The notes below the pieces were generated by a model. It ran no database searches and was not told where the DNA came from. It worked only from the letters and a program-made list of their open reading frames with translations. A DNA stretch of 64,000 nt from Callorhinchus milii (Eukaryota), in contig NW_024704742.1 in NCBI RefSeq assembly GCF_018977255.1, positions 97,900,001-97,964,000 on the forward strand, given 5' to 3'. The translations under genes were made by a program, and so were the position numbers. Numbering within the stretch: the first letter of the stretch is position 1; every line of letters begins with the position of its first letter. This document shows positions 11,742-24,509 of this stretch, piece after piece.

Positions 11742-12140
11742 GAATAATAATAATAATTGTTGCATTTGATATACAAAGTGAGAGACCTGGGTTTGATTCC
11801 CAGCAAGTCGAAACCTTGGGCAAGTTTCCTTACTCCACAGGCCTGATAATAATCCCTCAAGAAAAAAAACAATAATAAATTGAGCATTTCAATCCGCAAC
11901 TGTATGCGGGATACTGCTGTGCGCAATTGGCTGTTGTGTTTCGCCCACAAATATGCAGTCAATTTACTTTATAGTATATTGTGTGAAGCACTTTGAGACA
12001 TCTAGAAGAAATGAAAAGCACTATATCAAATGCAAGGATTGTTATAAATACAATATAGCACCTTATCTCGTCTTCAAGACATCTCAAAGCACTTCACAGA
12101 ATATACTGTAAAGTGAATTGACTATATTTTATGGGCGAAT
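11742..12140. mobile_element. Plus-strand short SINE (11774-12050) nested in a minus-strand SINE 3' fragment
   Basis: ATATA duplicated at 11769-11773 and 12053-12057; host sequence resumes exactly. Confidence 0.85.
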
Positions 12141-13208
12141 CAGATGGATTGAAATGGAAATGGCATCTGGTTGCAACCAAAGGCTGCTAAATTCCCTCCT
12201 TCCTGCTGTGTATGATCATGAAAGTCTTCAAAAATCAATGCATTCAATCATAGAAAAAGCAAAGTTCAGAAGCCACTGTAATTACTAACCTTATGTTTGA
12301 CATCCTATTTGACTGTACAAATAATCTGAAAGCTGATGGAGGAATTCCTTTAATGGGAGTAGTTGAAGTTAATGGAGCATCAGGTTCATGAGAAAGTGTC
12401 TGGCAAACTTCATCTCTCTTTTTCCAATCAGGCATTGCAATAATTATAATAATCCTCGCATTTGATATACCATCTTGTCACATCAAAACACCTCACAGAG
12501 TTTTTTCTGTAAAGTGCGGTGACTATTTATTTGTCGGGGAATGTGGTAGACAATTTGGAATGCCACACTGGAATGCCCTACAGCCATATATTTAAGAATT
12601 GTACACAATTTTGCTACTCATCAATTTTGAGATAGAATGGTCTTACAGGCTAAGACTAACTGAAAATTTAAGTCTCCTGGAGAGACTCAGTAGGGAAGGA
12701 AAAAGCAAGAAACAATGGTAGTCCACGCACCTAAACTAAGATTCTCAACACCTATGGAACACTTCAGGTCCTAAGTAAAATGGAACATCTATTGCATACT
12801 TTCACACTTGTGCAAGTGGCAGGAAACTGCTTGTGACTGGCCAGTAAAAGATAATCACAAACAGTACAATTTTTCATTTTTATCAATGGGTCATTCTGAA
12901 AATTGTCAAATACTGAGAAAGAGAACTTAGGATGTGAGTGCAAGCAAAGATGAACTCTTCGACCATTACCGCATCACTGTAACTGCACTTACTGAAGGAG
13001 ATTTCACTGAAACACCTTACTAACCTTCCCACTCCCTCCATTCGGCGGGCACTGGCCTGCTCCATGTCTTCGGTCCTTCTCATTCCACCATCGGCAGTCG
13101 AGCTTTCAGCCTTTCTGCCCCCACCATCTGGAATTCCTTCCCAGAATCCCATTGTTTTGCCCCTCCCTTGCCTCTTTCAAGGCCCTTCACAAGACTTTCC
13201 GCTTCGAA

Positions 13209-13451
13209 CAAAACGCAAAATACTGCAGATGCTGGAAATCTGAAACAAAAACAGAAGTCACTGGGAACACTCAGCAGGTCAGGCGGCATCTATGGAGAAA
13301 GGAAAGTGAGTCAATGTTTTGGGTCCACGACCCTTCGTCAGAACTAAATTATTATTAATTTATACTGGACCCAAAACGTTGACTCACTTTCCTTTCTCCA
13401 TAGATGCCGCCTGACCTGCTGAGTGTTCCCAGAGACTTCTGTTTTTGTTTC
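13209..13451. mobile_element. Penelope-like element terminal repeat in inverted configuration
   Basis: Arms 13242-13327 and 13366-13451 are reverse complements (2 mismatches in 86 bp). Degenerate 13-bp TSD at 13196-13208 and 13448-13460. Sister copy at 26580. Confidence 0.8.
13309..13345 (-). ncRNA. Minimal type I hammerhead ribozyme motif (CpG-decayed) of a Penelope-like element
   Basis: AGTT-CTGACGA-A-GGGTC-gtg-GACCC-(G>A)AAACATT-GACT: CUGANGA box, stem II, GAAA box, stem I. Confidence 0.65.
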
Positions 13452-13757
13452 CTCTTTGAATGTGCCTTCACTCATCCTTCTACCCCCTTGGCCCCCACCC
13501 CTCTTGATTCCATTTCCCAGCTTGGGTGCAAACCCTTGACTATCCAGCACCTTGATATCATCCCAATGTGAAAGGCGCTATTTAAATCCTATTTGTTGTC
13601 GTAAAGTGCAAAAATGCAATTTGTTGTTGAAAAACAAAAAGACTCAAAACTCCTGAGACAAACCGAATTAAAATTAATCCTCAAAGGGCTTTACTACAAG
13701 ATTTGTTTTGCCTGCCAGATGGGCTTTCTGTTACTTAGCAGAAGGAGAGTTGATAGG

Positions 13758-13787
13758 TTGTGTATGTGTGTGTGTGTGTGTGTGTGC
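13758..13787. repeat. (TG)n microsatellite
   Basis: Direct inspection. Confidence 0.95.
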
Positions 13788-14496
13788 ATTGCTGGGATGT
13801 CTGGACTTGTGGCTTATGAAGGTTTTGCAGTTAAATCTCTTCTTCTGTACAATTAAAATGCCCTTTTTTCACCACGACTGTCTGTAACTCAATGGGAAGC
13901 TTTAACTAAATAAATGATAGAAAAATATCAATATTTAGATGGCTGTAATGATTGAAATGATCACATACACACGGTCCTGACCATTCATTGCTTTCTGTGG
14001 AAAAATATAGTGCCTGGGATAAAACTGTACTCTATCAAAACTCTTCAGTGGTCCCATTTATGGCTGAATGTTTAATTAAAATGACCTTAGGAAGTGCTCT
14101 CTGTTATAGCACAGAGAGGGCTCAAAATTATAAACATGTAAGGAGTGTGTACTATTCAGTGAATATTGCATTCATATCCTGGATTTGGAGCTTGGATCTA
14201 GTTGTTAATCTATGTCTTAATAATAGCAATTATTTTAGTTTTAAAAATCCCTGATATACATTTATATTGATTTCAAAAACATTTAACTGTATAAAAATTT
14301 AATTTCAACCAGATTTGATTATTGTTGAAATGTCTGGAATAAGAGCAGCAGAAAACACTTGTCTTGCATTCTCAGACATGGTACAAGAAGAAACTGGGCA
14401 GCTGATAAGCAATTGTTCCCTTATCTCTGACCGTTATTTTCTCTTACTCCATTGCAACCTTTTCTCTTTCCTTCTTTTATTGATACAGTTGTGTGT

Positions 14497-14850
14497 CAGC
14501 TTGGCACAGTGGTAGCACACTTGTCTCTGAGTCAGAAAGTTGTGGGTTCAAGCCCCATATCAGGACTTGGAATTACACATCCCAGTGCCTGGGGATATCC
14601 TGCAGAGTGGGAGGTGCTGTTAAACTGATGTCCCATCTGCCTATTCAGGTGGATGTTAAAGATCCTGTGGCACTATTCGAAAAGAGAACAGATTTCTCCG
14701 GGTGTCCTGGCCTACAATCCCCCAAATAAAATTGGTTACTCACTCCAAGACATGGGACATGGCTGTGCATAAACTGGTAGCTGCCTTTCACCCACAAAAT
14801 ACACAGTCTTTACAGTATATCCTGTGAAATGGTTTGAGGCATTTCGACAA
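14497..14850 (+). mobile_element. Older full-domain Deu-SINE with tRNA-derived head
   Basis: tggcacagtggtagc...gggttcaagccc head; ggatgttaaagatcctgtggcactattcgaa Deu domain. Confidence 0.8.
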
Positions 14851-15420
14851 TGCAGGGTTCTGGATGATCTGCAGTTTGTGGAGGGAAGAGTTGGGAAGGC
14901 CGACAAGCAGGGAGGTGGCATAGCCAAGCCTAGATGCAATGAATGCATGGATGAGGGGTGAGGCAGTGGTGGAGCTGGGCGATGTTGTGGAGGTAGGTAG
15001 GTGAAGACAGAGTGGGACATGGCACGGATGTGGAGTAGAAAGCACAGTTGAGGGTCAAACAAGATGCCAAGGTTCTGGACTTGCTCAGTGAGGTGGAGTG
15101 TGCAACCATGGATGGTGATGCTGTCAGTGCCCGAGATGTGGAGGCACAGATGGGAGCCAATCAGAAGAGCCTCGGTCTTATTGATGAAACACCGAGAAAG
15201 TTAGCTCTCATCCAGGATTTGATGTCTGACAGACATTCTGTCAGGACAGCAGTGGTCCTAGAGTTGAGGCTGGAGACATGTTGAAGTTGACCCCATGTCG
15301 GCGGATGATGTCACCAAGAGGGAGAATGTAGATATTGAAGAGGAGGGGACCAAGGACAGAGCCCTGAGGAACGCCGCACGAGACTGTGCAGGGGCTGGAG
15401 GCGAAGCCATTTGCCGTTGT
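14850..15420 (-). mobile_element. L2 RT internal fragment
   Basis: [17 protein letters not shown] motif. Confidence 0.88.
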
Positions 15421-15444
15421 CATTGAGTTTGCTATTGAGAGTGC

Positions 15445-15690
15445 TATCTGGTAAGCTTCCCATTGCTTGTTCAGCTAGGAACACCTTACCACTTGTTCAG
15501 TGAGAAAACTTTACCCACCTTATGGCTTTTGCTTGCAGAATTAACAGCAGCCAAATGGAAAGAATTCTTGCTCTCAGTGACCCAGTCTGCCCTCCAAGTC
15601 CTGCTGATGAGCTAGGCTGACTGATCTGTCATCAGCAATGCCCTGAAGTACTGCAGACCCACCTGGCTCAGGAGCCAGCTCAGCTGCACC
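15445..15690 (-). repeat. Unclassified dispersed repeat (family X) copy
   Basis: Reverse complement aligns with 47105-47350 (e.g. cctccaagtcctgc...tgaagtactg...tcaggagc). Confidence 0.7.
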
Positions 15691-16519
15691 TCCTTACCTC
15701 AAGTATCGATCCAATTCCCCTTTGAAAACTACTATCAAATCTGCTTCCACCATCCTTTACAATAAATTATAATCTGTGTCTTTCCCTATCTGTAAGGGGG
15801 GATGTACTTAGGAGAAAGCTGTATCTGTTTGAGGTTATCAAAGACTATTTCTGGAGCCAAAGAGGATATTGCAGATACTATTTAGTTTTGTACAGTTGTT
15901 ATGGCAACATAGTGTAACATCCATCAGAAGGCTTCATCTCCTTGTTAGTCAGATGGTTGCACTGTATTTTACAATTTACTGCTTTGTACCCCTGTTTCTC
16001 ATCTTGCCAGGAATTTTGAAGTACAACATTATTTTAACTGAGACTGAGGATGTAGGTTGTAGGTCTTCTGTGATGGTAGCCATGTTTCCTTGTAAATGCT
16101 TTGTGTCAACAAACAAAAGGTGAATATTGTAATTGGGTGAATGAAGTGGTTTGAGTCAGTATCCCTAATTAGCCACTTTCACAAGTACGGATAAAAAAGG
16201 CCCTTTGGCTCATTTGATATCATCCTTCTTGAATGTCTACTCACTCTACTGCCTTCCCATTACAGCATCAAATTGCTTTTTTAAATAGATTCGTTATTCA
16301 GATTTCGGACATGATTCCTGGAAACCCATTCTCGCTGTTAAACCTTTCTGCTTAAAGATATATTAATTGGTTTCTGTCCCTGAATTGTCCTTCATAACTC
16401 TGAATCTGTGCCTTCTTGTCTTGTTGCCTTTGTGTATCTGAAAGTTTTGTTCTTGGTTTGCTTTCACTATCCTGTTCAGTATATTGTATTTCCATATAAC
16501 CTCTTCTTTGAGATGGCTC

Positions 16520-18608
16520 TGCAAACCCTGCCTGGTTCATCAGCCACCTCCGCTCACTTAAGGGTCAGGTGCGATCTGCCGAACGCACTTGGCTCAAATC
16601 CGGCCTAACAGTCCACCACCACATCTGGCTGGACCTCATCAAGAACTACCACTCCACTCTCGCTTCAGCCAAATCATCCTTCTATTCCAGATTAATCCTG
16701 GAGGTGAAAGGCAATCCCAGGCTCCTGTTCTCCACCACTGACCGGCTCCTCCCTGACATGCCTCGCAGATACTTTCCTCTGACTCTCACTGCGAGAAAAT
16801 GCTGGACTTCCTCGAGTCCAAAATCGAGGGAATCTGCTCAGCTGCAACTACGCTCCCAACTTCCACCCCCTCTCTACCCCCACCCCTCACAATTACCCAT
16901 CCGACAATTACCCATCCCTCCTTCCACACCTTTGAACCTGTCACCCCCCACTCTGTCTTCACCCCCATAAACTCCATGAAGCCCACCAGCTGCTCCCTGG
17001 ACTCAATTCCCATCCCTCTCCTTAAATCCTAGCTCCACCTCCTTGCCCCAGTACTCGCCAACATCATTAATCTCTCCCTGTCATCTGGCACTGTTCATTC
17101 TCCCCTCAAAACAGACACTATCATCCCCACCTTGAAGAAACCTTCCCTCACAGCTATCTCGCTACCGGCCCATCTCAAATCTCCCCTTCTTATCCAAGGT
17201 CCTTGAGAGAGCCATTGCCTCCCAGCTTTGCTCTTTCCTCTCCTCTCACTCCCTCCATGAACCCTTCCAATCGGATTTCCGTGCTGCCCACAGCATGGAC
17301 ACTGCTCTCGTCAAGGTCACAAACGACATCCTGACCATGTGCGACCAGGGCTCCCTCTGCCTCCTCGACCTCTCCGCCGCCTTTGACACCGTGGACCACT
17401 CAGTCCTCCTCCACCACCTCGACTCCCACCTCAATCTTCAAGGTTCTGCCCTTGACTGGTTCAGGTCCTACCTTTCACACCGCCTCCACTTCGTCATGAC
17501 AAACGGCTTCTCCTCCAGTCCTCACACCATCTTGTGCGGTGTTCCTCAGGGCTCTGCCCTCGGTCCCCTCCTCTTCACCCTCTACATGCTCCCTCTTGGT
17601 GACATTATCCGCAGAGATGGGATAAATTTCCACATATACGCGGATGACACCCAACTCTACCTCTCTGCCTCCACTCTGAACTCTAGGTCTACTGGTGTCC
17701 TGACCGACTGCCTGTCCGACATCAAGTCCTGGACGAGGGCCAACTTTCTCCAACTCAACGTCAGCAAGACCAAGGCCCTCCTGGTTGGCTCGCGCCAGCG
17801 CCTCTGTACCTCAGGCGCTGGCAGCATCAGCCTCCACGGCTGCACACTCAACCTCACTAAGCCAGTCAGGAACCTGGGTATCTTGTTTGACCCTGAACTG
17901 TCCTTTCTTCCCCACATCCGCGCCATGACTGGCACTGCCTACCACCACCTTCGCAACATTGTCAGACTCCACCATTGCCTCATCCCTCAGGCTGCCGAAA
18001 ACCTCACCCACGCATTCGTCACATCAAGGCTCGATTATGGAACTCCCTCCTCATCGGCCTTCCCAACTCTTCCCTTTACAAGCTGCAGGTCATCCAAAAC
18101 TCTGCAGTTCGTATACTCTCACGCACCAGGCTCCGTGACCCCATCACTCCCACCCTCGCCCGACTCCACTGGTTTCCCCATCCCCCAGAGGATCGAGTTT
18201 AAGATCATCATCCTCACCTTTAAAGCCATCCATGGCCTTGCCCCCTTCTACCTCTCTGACCTGCTGACTTCCCACCAACCTGCCTACTCCCTCCGTTAAT
18301 CGGGCTTCCTGCCTGCACCATGTCTCCTGCCCGACCTACCCTAGGCCGGGCTTTCAGCCTCTCTGCCCCCGCACTTTGGAACTCCATCCCAAGATCCCTT
18401 CACCTCGATTCCTCCCTTGCCTCCTTCAAGGTCGGTCTCAAGACCCTTCTCTTCGACCGTGCCTTTGGTCTCCCTCCCACCTCTCTACCTTCCCTCACCC
18501 CTACACCACCCCTCCCCATGCTCGGGCTCCAACACCTGATTGTTCAGCGCTTTGGGATGTCCTACCGACATGAAAGGCGCTCTATAAATGTAATTTTGTT
18601 GTTGTTGC
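16520..18608 (+). mobile_element. Longest L2-A LINE copy (~2.1 kb): post-endonuclease linker, RT and 3' tail; frameshifted
   Basis: 334-aa ORF 17295-18299 with LLDLSAAFDTVDH, GVPQGSALGPLLF and YADD. Upstream frames are broken and the endonuclease is missing. Confidence 0.93.
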
Positions 18609-18689
18609 CTGGGATGACAGCCAACTCCCTACATCTGGACTCTCACTCGCTTTGCCTTCCCTCACCTCCATAATATCACCCAGGACTAC

Positions 18690-19328
18690 CACTATCTCTC
18701 CTACCACCTCCAGGCTGCTGACACCCTCATCCATACCTTTCTCATATCCGGGCTCGACTATTTAACAACAGATTACACTTAGCACCTTTCATGTCAGAAG
18801 GACCTCCCAAGGCGTTGTTCAAGTCTATTCAAATAACTTCCTAGCTCCTCCATGCACAAGCTGTAAACCATCCATAATTCAGTCCATGTCATCTGCTGCA
18901 CCAGGCTTGTTGAGGCCATCATTTCCATCATTTGACTCTACTGATTCTTCGTCCCCAGCAGATCAAATTTAAACATTCTCGTCCTCGATTTGTAATGCTT
19001 CCATGGCCTCACCTCACCTCTGCGCTCTCCTGTCACAGTGCCCCTGGTGTTCTCTCTGCTAAGTAAATTCTGCACTGCCTTGTATCCCTGCTGCTCTATC
19101 CTACCATCAGCAGCCATTGTGCCCCTGCTCGCATGACCTTCATTTATGAGTCCCCACACCTGCTCCCCACCCAAGCTGCCTTCAAACTCCATCACCTTCC
19201 CCCCAAAGCTCCAGCCTCTCTTTCCCTCCCCCCCACCCACCAGCTCAGGCTCCCAATCAGTTGTGAGAAGCGCTTTGTGATATCTTCCTGGTGTGAAAGG
19301 CACTGTGTAAATATAAATTGTTGTTGTC
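18690..19328 (+). mobile_element. Older degenerate L2 3' fragments
   Basis: ggctcgactat, cagatcaaatttaaacattctc, tail aatataaattgttgttg. Confidence 0.65.
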
Positions 19329-20504
19329 CCATTCAAGGCTGAAAAGCTGTTGCTTATCCAGTTGTTCTTTATAGCTCATCTCTCTCCAACACGGGGGATC
19401 AGCCTCATTGCTCTCAAGGCCTGAGTGACCCTTATGTCATGATGACCAGAACATGAGCATGATTTCTTTGATCTAAATTCTTTCCATCCCAGGAAAGTTA
19501 CAGCTCAATTTGACCCACTCAGATCCCTCTACACACTTGTACATCAAAACATATTACTGATAGGTTTACAGTTTTGGGGAAGAAAATATAAACTTTAAAC
19601 ATATGAAAATAAATTCTCATCTACATCGAAGATGGAACATGATAAATCTGAGGTTCGGCCTGGAGATAAATAGTATTGATTTCTAGCCCTGATTAGCATT
19701 CCTGTGGGATTAAAACTGAGTGTTGGTCCAGGAATGATAGCTTTGTGGTGATATAGGTGTGTGAATAGAAGTTGATGTGACCAGAACTTAAAAATACTGT
19801 TCAGGATGTCACGTATCAACTCAGTTTTACAGAAATGCTTTTAGTCAGAGTGATAAATGAATACACAAGATGAACTAGACTTCTGCCTTATTCCTTAAAC
19901 AGAAATGACTCGGGGTTGCTTTCTGTCAAGGCATCTTAGCTTTCTCCTGGGGATTAAGTTGAGTTGTTGGATATAGGTGACCATTTAACAGGAGCTTCAT
20001 TCTGAAGTAGTTGTCACTTGCTCTTTTATGCAGCTCACTGTTTCACAAATGGCACATTAGTAGCACTTGGCGGTGTAATGGTAGTGCTCACTTTGGGCTT
20101 GTTGCTGCTTGTTCTCTTTGATTCGTTTCCTTGCCAATTTTCTCTGTTATGTTTCCTCTCCTGCTTCTCTCCTGAATGCATTTCAGGGGCGATTTTCCGG
20201 TCATTGGTGAATTTACTAACATTGGCAGCAGGGGACGGCTCATACTCTGTGGAGCAGAGACGTTAGTGGTCTGAGCTTAGAGTGAGCAGGCTGCTCAGGG
20301 CACTGCAGCCTTCTGCAAATGTCGTAACCACTCTACTCCCGCACTCGCCATTGTGCAGTACTCCGCGATGCTATCCTGCATGGAGGGTCCTATATAAATG
20401 CAAATTGTTGTTCAATTTGCATTTGCTATTGGTATTTACACAGTAGGGATGCAATGTGCACTGAGCCATTGGTACACTATCATGCTCTGTAAAATGTATC
20501 AATG

Positions 20505-20795
20505 TCGCTTCCCTGGTGGATCAGTGAGTTTATGCAGTGAGCAGCAGCTGAGTATTACAGACTGAAAAGATCCCAGGTTCAATTCCTGGTCTGCGCTAAG
20601 TTAGCTGCAATTGGCTGCCAGTGAGGGTCTTACAAATGGCCTCAACGCCTGGGTTAGAGAAGGGACAATCCGCCATGTTTACCATTTCTGATGGCTATCT
20701 AGTGCCCCCTGCTGGAGATGCCGTGGACTTCAGGTGAGGTTGGATTAGCCTCGGCTGAAGTGACTTGTGCCTAAATGGGCTGCCAACACTAGCTG
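20505..20795 (+). mobile_element. Ancient AmnSINE2-like SINE relic
   Basis: tccctggtggatcagt head; agatcccaggttcaattcctggtctgcgctaagttagctg; tggcctca...ctgggttag; caggtgagg. Family assignment is from recall. Confidence 0.6.
20700..20717 (-). promoter_or_regulatory. Strong CTCF core motif
   Basis: Minus strand CTCCAGCAGGGGGCACTA matches CCASYAGRKGGCRS. Confidence 0.5.
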
Positions 20796-20922
20796 GAGTT
20801 GATATAAACAGCAACTTTACTTGTGCCTCAGTGATGGAAAAAGCATCCCTCCACACACTCCATTTTCAGTAGGGAATACCCTATATATACATCACTCTTA
20901 ATTACAAGTCTTTGGCTTCATG

Positions 20923-21660
20923 CCAACAACAACGACAACTTGCATTTATGTAGCACCCTTCATGTAAGATAACATCCTGGAGTGATTCACAGTGATGAGG
21001 TTTCACCACAACAACAACAGCTTCTATATAGCGCCCCTCACGCAGAGCTGGGTCTCAGAGTGCTTGACAGTGGTGGAGCATGGCACTGAGACAGGTGGAG
21101 GTGACCGTAGGCACGGTCGAAGAGGAAGGTCTTCCGAGCAATGAGAAAGGAGGAGTAGGAGGTGATGGTAGACATGGTCGAAAAGGCAGGGCGAAATGTT
21201 GAGCAAACCTCCTTTGTCCACACACCTCTGTTTACCTAGCAATAAGTAGTAATCCGGTTTTTAGTCAATTGGCGGATTGCCTTTCCAGGGGCTATTGCCT
21301 TTCTTAAAGGGTTAATAATTGCCTTTCTTAAAGGGTTAATAATCCCTTTTTAAAAAAATTGGTCACTCAATCCAAGACTGTTTGTGGGACATTGCAATTG
21401 GCTGCCATGTTTCACCCACAAAATATACAGTCAATTCACTTTACTGTATATTCTGTGAAGCGCTTTGAGTTGTCTCGAAGACATGATAAAGCACTATATC
21501 AAATGCAAGGATTATTATTATATTATTAAAATGGGATTTAAAGACAGATAAAGAGGGGACATGGCAGAGGGGTAGAAGCAGGGAATTCCAGAGCGTAGTG
21601 TGTAGAGACTGAAAGCTCAGCTCCCAATGATTGTGGAGAGGCTAGGGGTTGAATTCGGAG
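20923..21660. mobile_element. Nest of two minus-strand L2 3' ends plus a plus-strand long SINE (~21185-21527)
   Basis: Two (CAA)n tails; the SINE carries a 24-bp tandem duplication at ~21296-21343. Confidence 0.75.
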
Positions 21661-21777
21661 AGTGGATTTCCTACTGAAAACGGAGTTGAAAATGAAACTG
21701 TCTCAAAGCACTGTACTGTCAAATGTCTTTGAGTTGGTACATTTTCTGGCGGTGAAGCACCCAGTAACACTACTGCT

Positions 21778-21962
21778 TTCCCTTCAACCGTGCCTTCGGC
21801 TCCCCTCTCGACTCTCTACCCCCTCCTCGCTCCCTCGCTTCCCTCCCCTCACCCTGACCATTTCCCCCCTGCTCGGGTCCCGACTCAACTGTCCAGTGCC
21901 TTGGGACGTCCTCCCGACGTGAAAGGCGCTCTATAAATGAAATCTTGTTGTTGTTGTTGTTG
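21778..21962 (+). mobile_element. Young L2-A 3' UTR/tail
   Basis: gggacgtcctcccgacgtgaaaggcgct followed by (TTG)n; sister of 50124-50885. Confidence 0.88.
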
Positions 21963-21964
21963 CT

Positions 21965-22568
21965 TTCGAGGCCTGACTATGCAAACTCCCTACTTGTTGT
22001 CGTCCCCAACTCCTCCCTCTGTAGGCTGCAGATCATCCAGAACTCTGCATGCCATGTCTTCTCCTGCACCAGGCTCCGTGACCCGATCACCCTCATCCTC
22101 GCCTAACTCCACTGGCTTCCCATCACTCAAAGGATACAGTTCAAGATCCTGGTCCTCACCTTAAAAGCCCTTCATGGCCTTGCTCAGCCCTACCTCTGTG
22201 ACATCCTAACCCCTTACCATCCTGCCCGCTCCCTCCATTCAGCGAGCTCTGACCTGCTTCACGTCCCCCTCCTTGCCTGCCTCACAATTGGCGAGCGGGT
22301 GGGTCTTCTGCCACTCTACCTCTACCTTCTGGAACTCCATCCCACAGGCCCTCTGCCTTGGCTCCTCCCTTGCCTCCTTCAAGACCCATCTCAAGACCCT
22401 AACTCTTCGACCGTGCTTTCGAACTTCCTGCTTTCCCCCCTGCCCTCCACCCTCCCCGATCCTGACTCCCAGCTCGGGTCCGAAACATTGACTGTTCAGT
22501 GCCTTGGGACATCCACCTGACTTGAAAGGTGCTAAACAAATGTAATTTTGTTGTGGTTGTGGTTGTTG
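21965..22568 (+). mobile_element. L2-A 3' fragment
   Basis: aggatacagttcaagatcctggtcctcacc; tail ttgtggttgtggttgttg. Confidence 0.88.
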
Positions 22569-22789
22569 CTTTCATCAGTAGTGCTATTTTAACCCTACTG
22601 TGCAGCTTCACACATGATTAATGGCCACTTCAGTACAGTATGGAAAAGGGGGCTGCTACCTTTAGAACCATAAGTAGAAACATAGTAGAATGAGTTAATT
22701 AAACATTGTGTCCAGGAGAGAAACGGACAGAAGAAAATTGGTGGTGAAATATTGAAAAGAACGTGTATCAATCCATTAAATGGATATCA

Positions 22790-23225
22790 GTCTGGCTCTG
22801 TTGTTGGCATTCTTGCCTCTCAGTCAGAAGGTTGTGGGTTCAAGCTCCGCTGAGAGACTTTGAACTTACAGTTTAGGCTGACACTCCAATTCAATGTTGG
22901 GGAAGCACTACATTGTCAGAGTTGCCGCCTTTCGTATTAGACACTAAACCGAAGTCCTATCTGTCCATTCAAGTGAACGTAAAAGATCCCAATGCATTAT
23001 TCGAAAAGAAAAAGGAGTTTCTACCAGTATCTTGGCCAACAATCATCAGATAACTTAGTCATTCAGTTCATGGCTGTTTGTGGCACATTGCTGTCCACAA
23101 ATTGGCTGTCATGTTCGCCTTCAAGTACATAGTCACTACACTTTACAAGTAAATCCTGTAAAGTGCTTTGAGACATTTCAACAATGTTATGAAGCACTAT
23201 ATCAAATGCAAGGATTACTATTTTT
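22790..23225 (+). mobile_element. Older full-length Deu-SINE
   Basis: tRNA-like head, Deu domain (taaaccgaagtcc...gtaaaagatccc...ttcgaa), tail atcaaatgcaaggatta. Confidence 0.82.
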
Positions 23226-23724
23226 ATATAAAATGCTCTCATCCCAATTCCCTGCACTTTCCTCATACCCATTTATATTATTCCTTATCTGACTAGTTTT
23301 CTAATTGTTTTCCTGAGATGTGACAGAAGAGGGTAATTTTTCAAAACTAAAATGTGGCAAGTGGAAATCTTTATACAAATCTCAGAGCTTAATGAGCCTC
23401 AGGGGACAGGAATCGCAGATGGCACATTTTGACTTCTTTGAGAGGTTTTAGTACTAGGTATCAAATGTACCATCTGAAATCATATGAGCCAAAAATGCAC
23501 CAGTTTCTTGAAGTCTCCTCAGAGATTAAATCAGTGTGACCTCCATGGCATGTTACTGTTCTTGGCCTGTGATGTTGTGAAATTAATTTTGGCAGTAGCA
23601 CTATCCAGATTTTCTCCTTCTGCTTATAAAATCTACATTGTCATATACTTTATACGTTATTCTAACTGTTTTACTTATCCCCTTCACTGGTGCATAGTGA
23701 TGGACAGGATGTCTGAGCTCTAAC

Positions 23725-24040
23725 AGGGATACTTTCTGTCTGCTTAGATGGATGTTGAAGATCCCATGGCAAAAGTAGAAGGGAGTTTTTCCTGCTTTAC
23801 GAGCCAACAAATCCCCAAATAAAATTGGTCATTTACTTCATGGCTGTTTGTGGGACATTGCTATGTGCATATTGCCTGCTACATTTGCCTACAAAATACA
23901 CAGTCACTACGCTTCACACTACATTCACCGACAAAATAGACACTCACTGCAAATACACATTATAGTGTATCCTGAGAAATGTTTTGAGATGCCCTTCTAA
24001 CATGTAAGGCGCTATATAAAATGTAAGGATTATTATTATT
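23725..24040 (+). mobile_element. Deu-SINE, headless
   Basis: gatgttgaagatcccatggca...ggctgtttgtgggacattgct...aaggattattatt. Confidence 0.78.
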
Positions 24041-24099
24041 TTTCTTTAGAAAAAGACCAGTATCATCACTTAAGACTACAGTATATACAAAGATTGCCA

Positions 24100-24290
24100 A
24101 CAAATAAGAACATATGAATATAAGAAATGCTAGATGAAAAAAGACCAAGGTCCACCTAGTTTGCCTGCTACCTTACTGGTAGTTGCATGCACATATGTCC
24201 CAAACTATCTATGTACTATATCCCAAAATGTTCCTATAAGAATATAAGAAATGTTAAGAACATAAATGCTAAGAAACGCTAACAAAAAAA
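24100..24290 (-). mobile_element. CR1-type 3' tail with (AACATAAG)-like repeats
   Basis: ataagaacatatgaatataagaaatgctagatgaaaaaagacc. Confidence 0.5.
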
Positions 24291-24509
24291 ACGTAACAAA
24301 TGATCGCCTGGTCATTTGATCAGTCACTAACTTTTAACTCAATAAAGTCCATAGTCGCTTTAAATATTAAGAGACGAAATAAAACACTTTGAGACATCAA
24401 AGGCGCTACAGAAATGTAAATTCTATTGTAGTGTATAATCGTGCGCATGGAACTTGTCCTACTGTTTAGGGCTTGGGCTCCCATTGCTGAAAATATGGCT
24501 GTATTTGAA

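Larger units (their letters stand above)
13015..13630 (+). mobile_element. L2 3' fragment interrupted by a Penelope-like insertion
   Basis: L2 3' sequence on both sides of 13209-13451. Confidence 0.8.

Noticed and set aside
15598..15640. CTGATGA with an inverted repeat as a hammerhead or C/D snoRNA
   Set aside because: No GAAA box or correct stem layout; it lies inside repeat family X and the sister copy lacks the motif.
17295..18299. 334-aa reverse transcriptase ORF as a functional or domesticated gene, or a retron-like system
   Set aside because: It is part of a 5'-truncated L2 with frameshifts upstream and inside the ORF, and no endonuclease.
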